A stretch of DNA of 64,000 nucleotides from assembly GCA_964187785.1 (NCBI GenBank), contig OZ076415.1:68262001-68326000 (forward strand), written 5' to 3'. The stretch comes from Amphiscolops sp. MND2022. Lineage: Eukaryota. The position numbers were made by a program, and so were the translations under genes. A model generated the notes under the pieces. It saw nothing but the letters and a program-made list of their open reading frames with translations, was not told the DNA's origin and did no database searches. Positions within the stretch are counted from its first letter, which is position 1; each line of letters starts with the position of its first letter. This document shows positions 62,382 through 64,000 of this stretch, piece by piece.

Positions 62382-63057
62382 CAGAAATTTCGTTGTCGGA
62401 AATTTCGTCGTCGGAAATTTCGTCGTCGGAAATTTCGTCGTCAGAAATTTCGCCGCCAGAAATTTCGTCGTCGGAAATTTCGTCGTCAGAATTTTCGTCG
62501 TCAGAATTTTCGTCGTCGGTGATTAGGTTCTTCGAAACGTTGCGCTTTCTCTAGTCTATTAGGAATCGACCTATTATTGAGTCTCAATAATTATCCTAAT
62601 AAGTATCTTAATAATTATCGATAATTGTGCAATTACTCAATTATTGCTATCATCGACTACTTTTAGTAATGGTTTCGAGAGAAAGTTTTGGATCATTTTA
62701 CTCATCTCCCACCCCAGATCTTACAAAATTTCTCCATGCGTGCTTCCCCACCTCTCAACACGAAGTTGTTTCGACACTTAAAGCAAGAATTAGCAGAAGT
62801 TTTGATAATTTTGTGACAAAAAAGCAGAATTCCACCCCCTGGAACAAGCTTAAATTGTATTGTAAAGCCCTGGTAAGATCCACCGGTAGGTCTGAAAATA
62901 CTGAAAATATACCATTGCGCAATAAGCGTCTTGATGAATTAAATGATGATCAATTAATTGAATAATTTAAATGATATCTTTTCGTGAACGCTGTTAATTT
63001 TAATAAATACGGCGAAATTTCTGACGACGAAATTTCTGGCGACGAAATTTCCGCTCC
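62382..63057. mobile_element. Foldback element with 15-bp tandem-repeat arms and possible MULE transposase C-terminal remnant
   Basis: About 9 copies of GGAAATTTCGTCGTC on the left and 3 inverted copies on the right ending CCGCTCC. Internal RESFGSFYSSPTPDLTKFL weakly resembles the MULE ESF.S..Y..HP....FL region. No TSD found. Confidence 0.65.
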
Positions 63058-63444
63058 TGCATTTCTAGTGTTCACTGTCAATATAATAATAAGTTTTTAC
63101 ATATTTTTTTATATACTTTGCGGTTTCAACGTGAACCAATCAAAATTTAGAGGTCTATAATTGATTCATTTATTCTTCCCGCTGTTCCTTTCAAAAACTC
63201 TCACGGGTCCACCGCAAATCTCACAGCATAGCAGGGAGGACTATGATAACGCCCATTAGAATGAAGTTTTGTTGGAACAATCCTTTTTTTCACGTTTCGA
63301 TGGTAGTTATGTTCGAATTAACTGTTTTTAGAGACTCAAAAAATGAAGCTGTTGACGAATGCGTGACATATTGTTAAAAATCAGATTGTTAACAAAGTTT
63401 GTATATGGGCCATGTGCAGCCACTTTGAGAGTTGTAAAAGTCTC

Positions 63445-63986
63445 TTTTTAGTCGGCGCATTTTAGTAGAAAATGAGCCCGACTCTTACAGTGAGTAGTTT
63501 TTTAGACACGAAAGGTCCACTTTTTTGTTCATTTGTTCAACAACGTCAAACCTCAACAGCTTCAAACCTCAACAACTCCAACCTCAGAAGCGCGTCCAAA
63601 ACGAAAAGAAAAAACAAAACAGACGTCCAGAACCTCGAAAACACTAAGGATCCCCCATAGCCCCACTTTTTCTCGGCACTATGAGACTTTTTGAAACTTT
63701 TTGGATCGCACCAAGGGTCCCCCTTCATTTGTTTCGATATTTTGCAACGCAATGGATGTCAAAAAATTGCAAAGGGCCCCCCTTTTACATTTTTCGGCAC
63801 TGTGACACTGTTCAAAAATCTAATTTTAAAAATTTTTTTGGGAAATTTTTTCATGTCTCCAAAGGGTCCCCCTTCAATTTTTTTTTCATTTTTTGCAACC
63901 AGTTGGAGTTTCACAAAGCCCGAAGGGTCCCCCTTTTAATTTTGAGCCTTAGATATGTCGTCGACTTTGGCCGTTCTCGGCTTGTT
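63445..63986 (-). repeat. Family X repeat copy
   Basis: Same hairpin start and gagccttagatat...cgactttggccgttctcggcttgtt end as 51253-51905. Confidence 0.8.
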
Positions 63987-64000
63987 TGTTTCCTCTCACC

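Overview
AT-rich eukaryotic (animal-type) genomic DNA, mostly repeats, with no prokaryotic features and no CRISPR array. The repeat style recalls acoel flatworm genomes, but that is an unverified impression. The only clear host gene is the 3' two-thirds of a TRPC-family cation channel on the + strand (exons from 25389). Its model needs at least one and probably two GC-AG introns and may extend into a very long coiled-coil tail at 31.3-33.2 kb. Upstream (1-25.3 kb, possibly one giant intron) are five long solo or truncated LTRs, three with verified 5-bp TSDs and one nested in another. Each carries an ORF remnant that leaves the terminal CA in the same codon phase. The same region holds a 1.29-kb tandem triplication and a 5.7-kb, 50-bp satellite with higher-order structure. 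Downstream are a complete DD34E Tc1 element whose intact transposase is split by a 906-bp GT..AG insertion that restores the frame exactly, a decayed LINE RT, a full-length degenerate BEL/Pao element (ACTAG TSD, nested MITE), a decayed Mutator element, foldback MITEs, tRNA-like heads and many copies of a modular hairpin-ended repeat. All coordinates were read by eye; no searches were run.
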